Shown here: positions 13,466 to 25,507 of the stretch, piece after piece
Layout of the letters: the number at the start of each line of letters is the position of its first letter
How positions within the stretch are numbered: position 1 is the stretch's first letter
DNA from: Lama glama
Taxonomy: Eukaryota
Assembly: GCA_028534125.1 (NCBI GenBank)
Contig: CM052816.1
Span: forward strand, 86,926,001 to 86,990,000
Length of the DNA: 64,000 bases
Direction: 5' to 3'
The notes under the pieces: model-generated
Told to the model about the DNA's origin: nothing
The model's input: the letters and a program-made list of their open reading frames with translations, nothing else
Database searches by the model: none
Translations under genes and position numbers: made by a program

Positions 13466-13754
13466 AAGTCCTTCATTCAGTGGCTGCCTTGGGCAAAGAA
13501 GATGTTATATCAGAAAATACAATTACATTTTAACTATGAAATAGCCATAATTGTTTGTGTAATTTTTTTCATGTGACTAGGAATTATGTATATCAGCATT
13601 ACATTTGTATCTGTTTGTTTATCCTTTAATTCATGAAATGGTCTTCTAGAGAATAAACAGTCACTGTTTAACTCATGAACTTGCATGGTAGTAGTTTATT
13701 GTATTGCAAGTTCATGAACTTGCAGACTCATAAATTCACAAGGGTATGTGAAGG

Positions 13755-14090
13755 CAAGCTATACAAGACAGTTAATAAACAGACTAAACACATAGAGTCA
13801 TACCTGCTGGGGCATGAGAAGTGCTAAGAAGTAAAATATGATGTAAACAGATGAATGATTTGTTTTAAAGGAAATTCTACTATATTTATTGGTATAAATA
13901 GGAGATTTTTTGTTGACAAGGTAGCATTTGAGCAGAGCCATGGAATTAAATGAGAATGGAGGTCAAGTTGCTACCTCAGGAAGAAACCAGACCAAAGGGA
14001 TTTCCATTACAAAGGTCCTGAGACAGGGTTGTGTTTGGGAGTGGTAAGGGAAAGCCGGAGGGACAAGGTGGCTAAAGCAGTGACAGGTAA
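13755..14090 (-). mobile_element. L2a fragment
   Basis: aaggtagcatttgagcagag ... caaaggtcctgagacaggg. Confidence 0.7.
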
Positions 14091-14278
14091 TGTCAATGAA
14101 AGTTTTGACAGTTTTTGTAACTTTAGCTTAAAGGGAAAAAAAGAGAGCCCTGAAACTATATAATAGACTGTTATCACTACTCTACATCATTTCCACATGC
14201 CTGTTTGATATATTCCTCTTATTGTAGCTCATAAGAATAAGCTATAAATGTGACAGAAGCTCTTTATTCCTCAATTAC

Positions 14279-14353
14279 TGAGGCACCATTAACGACCCTA
14301 GTGGATTTGCCTATCGGGATAAGGATGTGCCATTGTGAATGCCTTTTTCGTTT
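14279..14353 (-). pseudogene. Possible 75-nt exon-like segment (KRKRHSQWHILIPIGKSTRVVNGAS)
   Basis: Weak acceptor aaacatttag, donor TCA|GTAATT; open frame with locally retained CpGs. Confidence 0.2.
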
Positions 14354-14777
14354 CTAAATGTTTGGTAAATGTCTACGTTGACGTGGTAACATTTATCCTA
14401 TGACTGATTTTTTAATGAATGTTGGTTTACTTCTGTAACCCTCATTTTATACACACTTAATTGCAGTCAATCTGTCAAAAATGCTTCCAACTGCCCAGAA
14501 AATGCATTTTCCTTCTTATATGGTCATTGTATACATTTCAAGTCAAAGGCAAGTGAACCCCTATGTTTTAAAATAAAGTTAAATCCCAAGATCAGACAAC
14601 AGAATAAAAACTAAATGGTGATTTTAGTGAGAATTGCATAACTTGTATATTTAATAAAGTTGGCTTAAGAACAGCATACTTTAAATAAAAATAATGCATC
14701 CTTAGATATTTTACTTTTTGCATTAAAATAATGACCTGTAAAGACTATGAATCAAAAAAAAAAAAGACTATGAATCA

Positions 14778-15310
14778 TATTGGAAAACCTTTTGGCAGTT
14801 TCTCATGAAGTTGATTGTGTACTTACCATATTAACCAGCAATCTTACTGGTTACCCAATTTCACATAAAACTATATGTGGATGTTTAAGATACATTATTC
14901 ATAATTGACAATCCCTTCCACTGGTATATGGGAAACTAGACAGATTCATGCAGTTGAATACTTCTCAGTAATACAAAAGAATGAACCATTGAGACACGCA
15001 ATACAAGGAGGACTCTCACATGCATCATACTAAGTTAAGGGAGCCAAACAAAATACCGTATACGACATGATACTATTCCTGTGAATTTTTTGCAAAAGCA
15101 GAACCGTAGGGACAAAAACCTGATCAGTTGTAGATACAAGTCAGGGATGGGAAAAGGAATTCCCTGCAGAGGAGCACAGGGGGTGTTGTTGAGGTGGTTC
15201 AGTTTCCATGTTATGATTATTGGTAAATATATGCATGCATGTGTTTGTTAAAACTCATAGAAATGCACAGTAAAAGCAGTGAATTTTATTGTATCTAAAC
15301 GATTATTTAG
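14778..15310 (+). mobile_element. L1ME/MD-type 3' region
   Basis: ttggaaaaccttttggcagtttct ... aaaagaatgaaccattga ... gttaaaactcatagaaatgcac...gtgaattttattgtat. Confidence 0.8.
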
Positions 15311-15456
15311 TGTCCCCACCCCACCCCCCAAAAAAAAGACACAAAGAAAAGTACAACAATCTGTTAACTGGTAAATTCCTCATGATAGGTAGCTGAGAAT
15401 CTAGTGCAAGTAGTGCTTGGTTATTACTAACTACAGTCAAGCAGGAGGTAAGGTAT

Positions 15457-15812
15457 TATGGTAAAGATTACTGTTTACCAAACGCAGTTGTCTTTTCTAG
15501 TTAGATACAAGTTAAACCCCATTTCCTGTGTTCCCTCAACATTTGATCTGCTTATGTGTTGAGTTGACCTGGATGGAATGAGAGCTGGAGAGATGTGTGG
15601 GACTCCAGGTGGAGCACACTTTCATGCTCTTTCTCCTGTCTCCTAGACTGATAGCACAGAATGACGTTGGAAGCTGTGTGTTCAAGATATTGGAGCCAAA
15701 TCGTGGAAGTTATTTTGTATTTATGGAAATGAGAAAAGAAAGCCCTCTATCATGATAGACCTTTGAAATGTTGTTGTTTTTTATTAATGTTGTTATTATC
15801 ATAACTGTACAC
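15457..15812 (+). mobile_element. Old MaLR LTR (MLT1I/J-like)
   Basis: catttcctgtgttccctc...ggatggaatgagagc...tgttcaagatattggagcca. Confidence 0.6.
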
Positions 15813-16266
15813 ATAAACTGTGTTTTAAAAAACTCCATTTTGACTGATTCCATTGGAAATTTTTATTCATTACCATACAAAAGAAAATGATAAATTAATT
15901 CAGGTTCTGTAAATTAGTTCCGTGTCTCCCCTAATATTTGGCCATTAATTCTGTATATCACTTGAAATAATGTATCACTCCACAGTCTCTTAAAAAATAC
16001 CCTGCTGTACTTAGTGGATTTTTCAATCTGGGTATTCCTGTATACCTCCAATTATTTGCTCATTCATCAATTTATCCCTTCACCAGACATTTACTGGTGC
16101 CCAATTCAAACTGTATGAATTTTCCAGTAGTTAACTTCTTTTGACTTATAAGCATGACAGTTTCATATGGTCCTATCAGAGCTACTTTTTGTAGGTGCAA
16201 TTATGTAATGCACATCTTTCCAGTTGCTTGGCTTCTTTATTTCAGAAATGGTGATAACTTACTTAC

Positions 16267-16576
16267 CAATTTTCAGGGTAAATATCTTGCCATGTTTTCT
16301 TTTTAATAGAAAATCTTTATTATGTAGATCCAGTCCATTTAAATCTAATTCTGATTTGTATAAAGCCCAAATTTTTTCTTTAATTTGCAAAGACTTCTGC
16401 TAATTCTAGGTAGATGATAAAGCACTAAATCATTTTCCACAAACACAGTCAGACCTAGTTCCTGTATCATCTGTAACTGTTGCATTTTACTGCCTAATCC
16501 CCAGCATGTTTGTCATTTAATTATATTACATACAATTTTCAAAAAAATCGAAAAGATCTCTCAACACTGGAATTTT
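16267..16576 (-). pseudogene. Decayed exon-like segment (may continue past 16267)
   Basis: Acceptor tttcttctctttgtag, consensus donor TTG|GTAAGT; the last 44 codons are open (QKSLQIKEKIWALYKSELDLNGLDLHNKDFLLKRKHGKIFTLKI). Confidence 0.35.
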
Positions 16577-17784
16577 CTACAAAGAGAAGAAATTTGCAAA
16601 GATAGTTGAAGGGAAACTTATACAGATAGTTTCATTTCCAATGAGACCTTAGTCCGACAAAATTATTTATATTCTGGGATTGTGAATAAGGACCATTAGT
16701 TTTTTAGAGGGAAAAAAAGATTAAGAAATTTTCAGGCTTATTGTGTGTATACTGTTGGTATGATGGGATCATTTGAGTCAGTTGTGATCTTTTATCTATA
16801 TTTGATAAAACTCAGCAACTCATACATACTAAATTTGTGAATAAATTGGTAGGCAGAAACAGAAGAAATTCTAGTGATTAGGTTATTTTAGTCTGTTAGT
16901 TAATCAGTCATGAAGAAATGATCAGATAACTCAAGTGATATTCAAAGTGCTTAATTTTTCCTTTTTATGACTTGGAAGAATTCTCTCTCTACATGTATAT
17001 GTATATAAAACTTAGAACTTTTAATATAATATGGTACCGTAGACAACTAATAGAAAATGTAAGACTATATTTGGGGATCAAAGAGTTTATTTATAGCATC
17101 AATAATGCTATAAATAAATTTGAATCAAGCTCAAAATAATGTAACAGCAACAAGGAAGCAATGAGTAATGTCATCAATTAAAATTTAAGTTGGTAGTAGT
17201 GTAGGCAAGCAACCATTAGATTATCCAGAAGTTGTCTCCATGTATTATCTTTCTAATCAAGGCTTAGCATACTCTTTCAAACGTTGTAGACACTCAGTTA
17301 GCATTTGCTAAATGAGATGATTTTCTAAAGGTCAAGGTAAAAATACACAGAACACTGCCAATTAAAATAGAAAGAATAAATCAGAAATAATATTTCCAGA
17401 AACAGAGAACAGCCAAATCTAGATGCGAATGGAGGCATCTTCCTGTTCTGGTTTCCAAAGTGTTTTTGGACTATTTTGAATGTGGTGCTCTCCTTGATGC
17501 ACCTGGTATTTTGTGGATGTGATTCAACATTTGGTGACACTTGACTAAAATGAGTTAAGGCCAAGAGAGAGAATCAGCAACAAGTGCTGGTAAGCAAACT
17601 CAGATTTAATGTACAAATAAGAAGGATGTTCTCATCTTTCTATTTATCATGCTGCCACTTGTGCATTTACATTTTCTTCTCCATTTTGTGATAATTTTAT
17701 GAAACACCAAATAGAGATTTATATGACTTTTCTCAATTTTTATGCACTTATTTTTCTCCTAAAGATTTAAACCGCTACAGTTTC

Positions 17785-17890
17785 AGACTTAATAGCTTTT
17801 ATTTACAGATGAGATAGTGACTCAGTGAAATTAAGTAATTTGTCCAAAGCCATAGAATTAATAATAGTAAAGCCAGGATTGAAACAGGAT
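17785..17890 (-). mobile_element. MIR core
   Basis: atttacagatgagatagtgactcagtgaaattaagtaatttgtccaaagccata. Confidence 0.7.
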
Positions 17891-18368
17891 GGGTGTGCTG
17901 AGTGGAGGGGAGGTGGTAGAGAGTTGCAAGAGCCTTTCGTGCTGAGTTATTTCTGCAGCTTTATTTGCTTTCTTGGTCCACTTCAACATAGAAACAGAAG
18001 AAGAAGCTAAAATGTAGTTTATTTGCAGGGGACAATTTACACTGGCAGGTGAGAGGGAAGGTGGTACAGGGAAAGGAATGAAGCCAGGAGGAATACATTA
18101 TGTAGCCAGCTACATGGAATAATCCTGCAGGACCACTCTGAGTAATGATGCAGAATACATGCCTTAGGTATATTGTAGCCAAGAAAAATGGGAAAAGGAA
18201 TATTAGTAGCCTCCCACCTAATAGGCATTGCAGGAAGTTTGTCCTCTTCAGGAACATTATTTCCTGTCACTTTTGTCCGATCTGTAGATACGCAGTGTGG
18301 ATTTTGACAAGCCATGATATCCTTTGTATGATGATATTGTATTGACTGTTGCAGTATGATCAGAAATT
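17890..18368 (-). pseudogene. Long exon-like segment, about 110 open codons from the acceptor, with a Pro-rich stretch in a shifted frame
   Basis: Acceptor tgcttggattcctttag. ORF 18037-18411 reads ...NVPEEDKLPAMPIRWEATNIPFPIFLGYNIP...; the shifted frame reads CIPPGFIPFPVPPSLSPASVNCP. GC is higher than the flanks and no repeat was recognised. Confidence 0.4.
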
Positions 18369-18429
18369 CTAAAGGAATCCAAGCAGTAATTCTGACAGGT
18401 CTGCCCTCCACTATGTATAACTTATATAC

Positions 18430-18605
18430 TGTCCATATCTATTTTATGACATTGATTCTATTATTTTTCACACTGCACACAGGAAAATCAAGAGATCTGG
18501 AAATGTTTAGTAATTTTATCAAGATCACACACTCTAGAAGTAGAATAGACCCAGAACTTCTCCTTAAGTCTCTGAGTCTCAAGTTTGTGATCTTAATTAC
18601 CTTTT
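18430..18605 (-). mobile_element. MIR
   Basis: aggaaaatcaagagatctggaaatgtttagtaattttatcaagatcacac. Confidence 0.55.
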
Positions 18606-19229
18606 TAACAAGTCTTAAAAGACGTTAATTTATCTTAGTTTTACATAAATATTTACTTAATACTGAAGACTATTGTATTAATTTTAATAGTAATATAAAA
18701 TGAAAAGATAATATGTTTTTACGATTTTTTTTTTTTTGGTCCCACAAGTAGAAACTGTGCCTGTGAAATTGGAGTCAATCTATGTTGACTTAATTAGCTA
18801 AATTCACTTAGAAAAACGTATTTCACCGAAGCATTCTACAATGTCAACCCTGGGTGTCCAGGCTGTTCAGACACCCCAGAACACTCCACGGAAAATCATT
18901 CCACCCAAACAATATTTTCTTATGTTACATCAGCTCATGTACAGTGAGTACAGAAGAGAAGAGTAGAGTTGGAATGTGAATTTAAGAATATATTAGAGCT
19001 TTAGTGACGATTCTAGAGAGATAGGCAAATCCAAAGAAATCATGGCTATACAGAAAATTACACTTGTTTTGAAATTAAAAATTTAATTTCAACATTGCAA
19101 TTACAAGGTATATATTCTTGTGCAAATATTACTTTTTTTGGCATCATTTTTATTCCATTTTGAAAACTCTGTTCAATATTCATTTGATGAAGACCTGTCA
19201 TCAGCCCATCATTATGATTTGCCTTACAG

Positions 19230-19865
19230 TGAAAGAGGCAAACAGGACAGAGTTTCTACCCTATGAAGTATAAAGAAGGCAGTTAATGAGCGAATAAATA
19301 AATAACAGGTGATGATAAGGATTGTAATGAAAATAAAAACATAATATTTTAAGCGAGGGATCAAAACCATCCTTCATGTTGGGAGTTCAAGGAAGGGATT
19401 TCTGAGAAAGTGAGATTAAGATAAGTAAGAGAATGAACCAGACATGAGGGCACATAAAACAGCAAAAATAGTTACTTCCAAGGTCTATGGCAGAAGTGAG
19501 CTCCCTGTGCTTAAGGAACAAGGAAAGATAGGTGCCTGAATCACTTTAAACCAAAGGGGTAGAGGAAGTAGATGAGGTTGTAAAGTTAGGCAGGCATCTC
19601 ATCCTATATTGTGTAGAGCTAAGTAATTCACAGTAAAAGGCCCTGAGTTCATTCTGAACAAAATAAAAAGCTAAGATTTTGAAAAAGGGTGATACATAGT
19701 ATCGTATCTATTTCTCTGTCTGTGTCTCTAGCCATTATATAATTCAGGATTTAGTTTTGTCTAGAAATGGAACAGTAGACATGGATATAAGTAGGTATAT
19801 AAAGAAAATGATTTTGAGGTAGAATAAATAGGAATTAAGTATATTTTGAAATATTTTAAGAAAGA
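19230..19865 (-). mobile_element. L2 fragment
   Basis: caaggaagggatttctgagaaagtga ... aagtagatgaggttgtaaagttaggcagg. Confidence 0.6.
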
Positions 19866-20329
19866 TGAAACATGCTAGGTAGGAAGATGAAGAGAGAGAG
19901 GAGAGAGAGTGAAAGAGGAAAAAAAGGAAAGAAAAGAAAAAGGCAAACAGGTAGCAAATACTCTTAAGTTACCGATGAGGCGAAGTGTCTGGGCTATACT
20001 TTGTTGGTTGCAAGATACAGAAACTTGATTTGACTAAATTTAATTTATCCTGGACAGTGTACACAAAGACATAATTGCAGGAAATAGAAGAATCAGGGAA
20101 TTGAATACTTTTTCCTCTCTTTCTTTCAATGTCTTGACTAATTTTTTTTCCCTGTCTTCTTGTGAAGGTCTTCAAGAAGTTTGACTTGGGTCAAGTGCCT
20201 GTTCTGGATTAATTAACGAATCATTGTGTCCAGGGAAAGGAAGCTATAGTTTGATCAGTGAGGTCATACGTCCATTTCTGTGTGTAGGTGGGAAATTTTC
20301 ATATTCAAAAGACTACCTTACAGTCACAA

Positions 20330-21140
20330 TTAGTCCTTACTAAAGCATAGGGAATACTCAGTTCTGCATGGAAACTCAGGTAGTCTTGCCTAAGAAGTGA
20401 CATCTGAGCTGGAGTTTGAAGGAGTAAATAACTAGGTTCAACTCTATGTATTGAAGGCTTATTAAATTCAAGGTACTCTGCTAAGGTGCTGTGAAGCATA
20501 CAGAAGTGAATAAAATACAGTTTCTTCAATACAGGGATTTACAATCTAATGAAGGAGACTGACACATGTGCGTAAGCCACTGAGGAAGTTCTCTTGACAT
20601 CATTAAGTTTAATCCTGAGACATACAGAGATGTCAGGCATTCTTAAAAGGCTTAGACGTTATTCTGTATGCAGCAATGACTTGGGACAAGTCAGCAGGAT
20701 AAAAAATTAGCCCATGGAGGATGGGCTTAGCTATAAATAGGCAATGTATCCATTCAATAAACAATTATTGGCTACCTGTGATACCAGGAAAAGACAAGAC
20801 CCAATGAATACAGAGATAGACATTTAGTGTGACTTCATTAATGAACTTGTAATCTACTGAAGGAAATGGACTAATTATATAATTCAGTTAAATTCACACT
20901 GTGCAAGAGTGTTAAACCAAGAGCAGTATAAATCACAGATGGTTTGTACAAAGGGCTTTTGGTTGCTTAGTGTTCATGTGCTCCGCTTATTTATTTCCTT
21001 CAGTGACCATGATAGTAGGTGCTATTGTGATGACCATCTGCAGATGTGAAAATGTGCAGAGAAGTTAGTGACAGTGCTCCACATAATGAGTGGAAAGACA
21101 GTATTTAGACTCAGGTAGTGTGGCTCCAGAGTTCATGCTA
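20330..21140 (-). mobile_element. Cluster of L2 3' fragments and a MIR
   Basis: gaagtgacatctgagctgga; tccattcaataaacaattattggctacct; ctgcagatgtgaaaat...tggctccagagttcatgct. Confidence 0.5.
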
Positions 21141-21539
21141 TCAAGAGAAGACAGGAAGGTACCAATAAACATGGAAAATGTAGAGGATTCCAGGTCTGGG
21201 ATTTTCAGTAAAGTTTAGGAACAGAAGTGATGGAAGTAACTGAGTGAGAAATTTGGCAAAAGAAGATGAGATCAGGGTGGGGTGTTTCAATTGCAGATTT
21301 CTGAATTGGAAAACTTTTGTGATCAAGCGGTCCAGTATTTGGCTCTGTAAGTTGGTTATTGGAAAGGTATCATTAAAGTGAGAATTAGTATTATTTCCTA
21401 GATTTTTTCATGTTTAGTTAGAGTTATCCAGGATGATGTTTAGGGTAGAAAAATGTGTGTGCTACCATTCAAAGTCATCCTTAATGTGGGTCTTTGTTTT
21501 GAATCCATTGTAGTAACAGAGTACTTGGAATGTCAACAC

Positions 21540-22100
21540 AATTGCCATATCTTTGACTCATCCTCCTTCTCTTGAAGTCTATACTGAATGTCAAATGGCT
21601 CAACTTCCAACTCTGATTTTGAATCCATCTCCTCATCTGCATTCCAGGTGTCAGTGTTAACAATATACTAGTTCAAACCAGTGATACATTTCTATCTCAA
21701 ATTACAGCAGCAGTCTCTTAAGTGGTCTTGTTGATCCAGACATGTTCACTTTTAATTATCTCAAACTATTCAACTAATACAGTTTCCAAGTAAATCCTCT
21801 GTTAAAACCGTATGTTAACCCCAGCAAATAAAGTCTGATTCCTCAAAGTAGATTAAATGGACCTACATTTCCCTACTACTGACCATTTTTCCTTCCTAGT
21901 CACCCTCAAGTCTCAACTCCCAACTCTCTAACCACTTTGGTTTCCAAAAGTACTTTTCTCTTTCACCTTCAGGATTTTCTGTTTCTTCACTTGTTTTCTT
22001 TACTGTTGACCATCTTACAATTCAAGTCTGAACTTACATATCAGTTCCTTACGGAAGCCTTTCCTTCTTCTCTGACTGATCTCCAGTTGCTTCTGTTTTT
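21540..22100 (+). mobile_element. L2 fragment
   Basis: ctttgactcatcctccttctct ... aattacagcagcagtctcttaagtggtct ... ggaagcctttcct. Confidence 0.65.
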
Positions 22101-22114
22101 ATTCCTGTTTTAGC

Positions 22115-22115
<1 letters not shown>

Positions 22116-22151
<36 letters not shown>

Positions 22152-22170
22152 GCTTTTATTATTATTATTA
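22116..22170. repeat. (ATT)12 + (ATT)4 microsatellite
   Basis: Direct reading. Confidence 0.95.
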
Positions 22171-22209
22171 CTCATTTTCTGTACCTATGGACTAGTTGCA
22201 TACATACTA

Positions 22210-22490
22210 TATTCTTTATCCACGTTTATTTATTGTTGACATTTTCCCCATTTGTTTTATCATTTGTTCTTTCTCTCTTAATCTGTATACACACAGTGAG
22301 TATATACACACACACATAGACATATATACATACACACATATACATATATACACTTTATGTAATACTATATATATTATATATACACATGTACATGTATATA
22401 CATATATATAATCATACACTATATAAAAGTATCTATATGGTGTATAACATAAAATCTGTGGAGAATACACACACACACATGCACATGTGC
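22210..22490 (-). mobile_element. L1MC4/5-like 3' fragment with TA/CA low-complexity expansion
   Basis: attgttgacattttccccatttgttttatcatt followed by a TA/CA-rich tract. Confidence 0.5.
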
Positions 22491-23656
22491 AATATCACTA
22501 TGCTTTCTTAATATCCGTCTTAGTTACCTCAGTGCACTTTCATACAAAACTTGCATTTTACACCATTCTTTTTATTTTTTGTAAAATCCTTTCAGAATTG
22601 TATCCATTTATTCTATAAATCTGATTTGAAACTGTCATTTTTCTGTGAAAAGATATTTTTATATTCTTTCATCAGCTACAATTCACAGTCTTTCAATCTG
22701 AAATTGCAAAGTCATGTTTCCTGAAGACTTTTAAACATGCATATACTTAGAAATACTCATTCCTTGCTGTTGAACTCCCAACAGAAATTTTTAGAGGCTC
22801 ATTCATGCACATCATTTGCTAGATTCTTTAAATTTATATAAGCATATGCTCTGTGGCTTTTCCATAATGTTCAAGGACATAATATGCAGAAAATTTCTTG
22901 TATTTTAAAGTCTTGTTATGATACAATTAAATGAAAAGATTTTGTTTTCTCCAGTTAAAACTTCCCTTTGAAGATGAAGGTAAAATAATCATCTTTAATA
23001 GTTGTTTTCCACCGTCATGTAATGCTTACTCTTTTCCCCTCTGCATAAATAACTTGGGTTTTCGTAGGTAGCTCACTTGAATACACACAGACACACCTGT
23101 CATTTGGGAAGTCTGGAGAATACTGAACTGGTTTCAGTGTCTCAACCTTCTTGAGAATAGGAAATGTATACTAGTGGTATGTGAAATTACAGATAGCCAT
23201 GGAAGGTTATATTCAGGACCTCTGGCTTTATCCTTCATTTAATAAAACTTTGTATTCTCTACTTTAGGCTAATTTCTATTGCACTAACAGGCATTCAGTA
23301 TGCTATTGAGCATCCTAAGGTTCTCATGAAAAATAAATGTGCAATTATTTCTAAGAAAATCGTTATAGGTAGTATAATGAGCCTTAGGCTAATTGTGAAG
23401 GATGAGTAAAAATTTGATTCACAGAACATGGGTCAGGGGACATCACTGAAGGCAGAAGACAAAGGTTGTTTTTATTCAAATGCTTGAAAGCAATAGAGCA
23501 GGCTACACATGGAGAACTGTAAACTGAGCTTTATTATCGCCTGTAAGGTTGACCTTACACTTTTTAAATCATTTAAAGTCTACTGCTCAAATAAGTGTTG
23601 GTTTTTATTTTTCTACAGAGCTTCCTTCATTATGCCTGACTGTGGGCAATTTTAAC

Positions 23657-23715
23657 CTCCTGCTTCCTTGCACGATCGTGATCTTTGCTTTTGTAGAGAA
23701 ATCCTCCCACCAGCT
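23657..23715 (-). pseudogene. Exon-like segment with a very strong acceptor; 3' end and frame uncertain
   Basis: Acceptor cctttcctttttcacag; phase-2 frame AGGRISLQKQRSRSCKEAG, tentative donor GAG|GTTAAA. Confidence 0.35.
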
Positions 23716-24047
23716 CTGTGAAAAAGGAAAGGCAGTACAGTATTTTAAAATGAAATAAAGATACCCTTTCACTGTGTACTTATGTACTACATGCTTATTA
23801 CAGAAATAAAAGGATACAAGAGTCCTGGTATTCTTTAATAATTACTTTCTTTATGCTCAGTCCAGCACTATGCTCTTCTTGTATCATTTTCTCCTATGGT
23901 GTTTTTTTCACGTTAGATATTTTATGAAATAATCCACCCAAGAAGAACTCAACTACTTCTTCTTTCCCACAAACTTTGGCAACCATTGCTCCATATTTCC
24001 TAATTTTAACTTTTTTGTTATTTTCTTTTTTAAAACTTTGTCTTTAC

Positions 24048-24133
24048 GAAGCATGATTTATATTGATGAAAATGTGGCATTTGAAAGTCCTAATCCAGTG
24101 GAGCAAGACGGTCTCCAGCATTTTTTATCATTC
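24048..24133 (-). pseudogene. Exon-like segment, 86 nt, phase 0-2 (E**KMLETVLLHWIRTFKCHIFININHA)
   Basis: Acceptor aattattttcag, donor TTC|GTAAAG. The stops TGA and TAA could derive from CGA and CAA. Confidence 0.35.
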
Positions 24134-24747
24134 CTGAAAATAATTTATTTCATGGGTGATGATTTTAGTAGTATAAAAAACTGTCCGAATATAACTCAGA
24201 TATATTTCCTGAAATTGCATGGTATATTTTTATTTTGGGGAAGAAAATTATCACATATACTAGGCATGAACTGGTTTAAAAATTTAGCCTTATGTTTACT
24301 TGAAAAAATAGGTGAAAGGACACTAAGCTATCATATTGAGCTTGGGTCAACTTAATTCTTCTCAGATCCCACTCCGGTTTCTTCCATTCCCCCTTGCAAG
24401 TTAATAACATTTTAGGTTATATTTTACACTCATGTAAAGTATTTTGATAAGGATGGCACCAGGTTCCTGATCTCTGTCCCTAGAGAAGGAGTTAAATTTA
24501 ACAAATTAAATTGTAGAAAAGCTGAGTTGGATTGAAGTAAGAAACATTCTTTAATTGAGAATCTGATTAACTATTGTAACAGGTTATTGAACAAAGGTAG
24601 AGGATTTTTGTCCCTAGATAGACAGGCAATTGATTTTTTTTAAACATAGTTGTTTTTGAAGAGAAAATTAAATAGATAATCTTTTCTCTTAAGACTTAAG
24701 AATTTCCCACCAGGTAAACTCATTTATCTTAATCCATAAGAAAGACA

Positions 24748-24985
24748 GAGCATGGTAGTAGAGAACAAAACACTTAAAAGCAGAATTCCTAAGTTCAGGT
24801 CTTGGTTCTACCACTTCTAAGCTTTGTGATCCTGATAACTTTCCTACCATAGCCTCCAAATATGATCCTGATAGAAAATGTGGACAATTACAGTACCTGC
24901 TACTCGTTTTAAGATAATTCAGTAACATTTATAGAGAATTCTTAATAGTACCTAACACATAGTAAACATTTCATAAGATATTAAA
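24748..24985 (+). mobile_element. MIR, near full length
   Basis: agcatggtagtagagaac...ttcaggtcttggttctaccactt...agtacctaacacatagtaaac. Confidence 0.75.
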
Positions 24986-25507
24986 CGTTTTAAATCTGGC
25001 ATATTCTTCAAATAGAAACCTCAGAAACAATGGTCATGGTTCTAGGGTGAGAAACTTTAAAAATGCATTGGGTGTAAAGCATTCATAGGTGTTTTATTTT
25101 TAAGATCTTTCATGTTTAAGAATGATCTCTGTCTTTTATGTTAAGAAAATGTGCTTTGATCTCAAATAATTAAGCTGCAGTTTTTTTTCTAAGAAAATTT
25201 TAGATGATGCTCCATTGCTATTTGGTGTTAAAGGTTGATGAGGAAAAACCTGCAGAATAGATAGCCTGTGGTTGTCTGCTGGTGCAACACAGTTTTACTG
25301 ACTATTTGAGATACCCTAAATATAAAAATATCCAGTTAAAATTCAGTGGCATAGGATAAAAAATTTCTGCTCTTTTTAAAGTAAATCAAAACTAGACAAA
25401 AATATAGAGTAATACAGCAAACACCAATACACATAGGACTTTTTTTTCAGTTTGCATATTTTTCCATATTTACTATAAGTAAATGTTGAAAATCAGTGAA
25501 CATGATT

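Noticed and set aside
16267..16320. FLLKRKHGKIFTLKI resembles the CYP7/CYP39 'KHGxIFT' motif
   Set aside because: The upstream proline-rich P450 hinge is absent and no other P450 motif was found.
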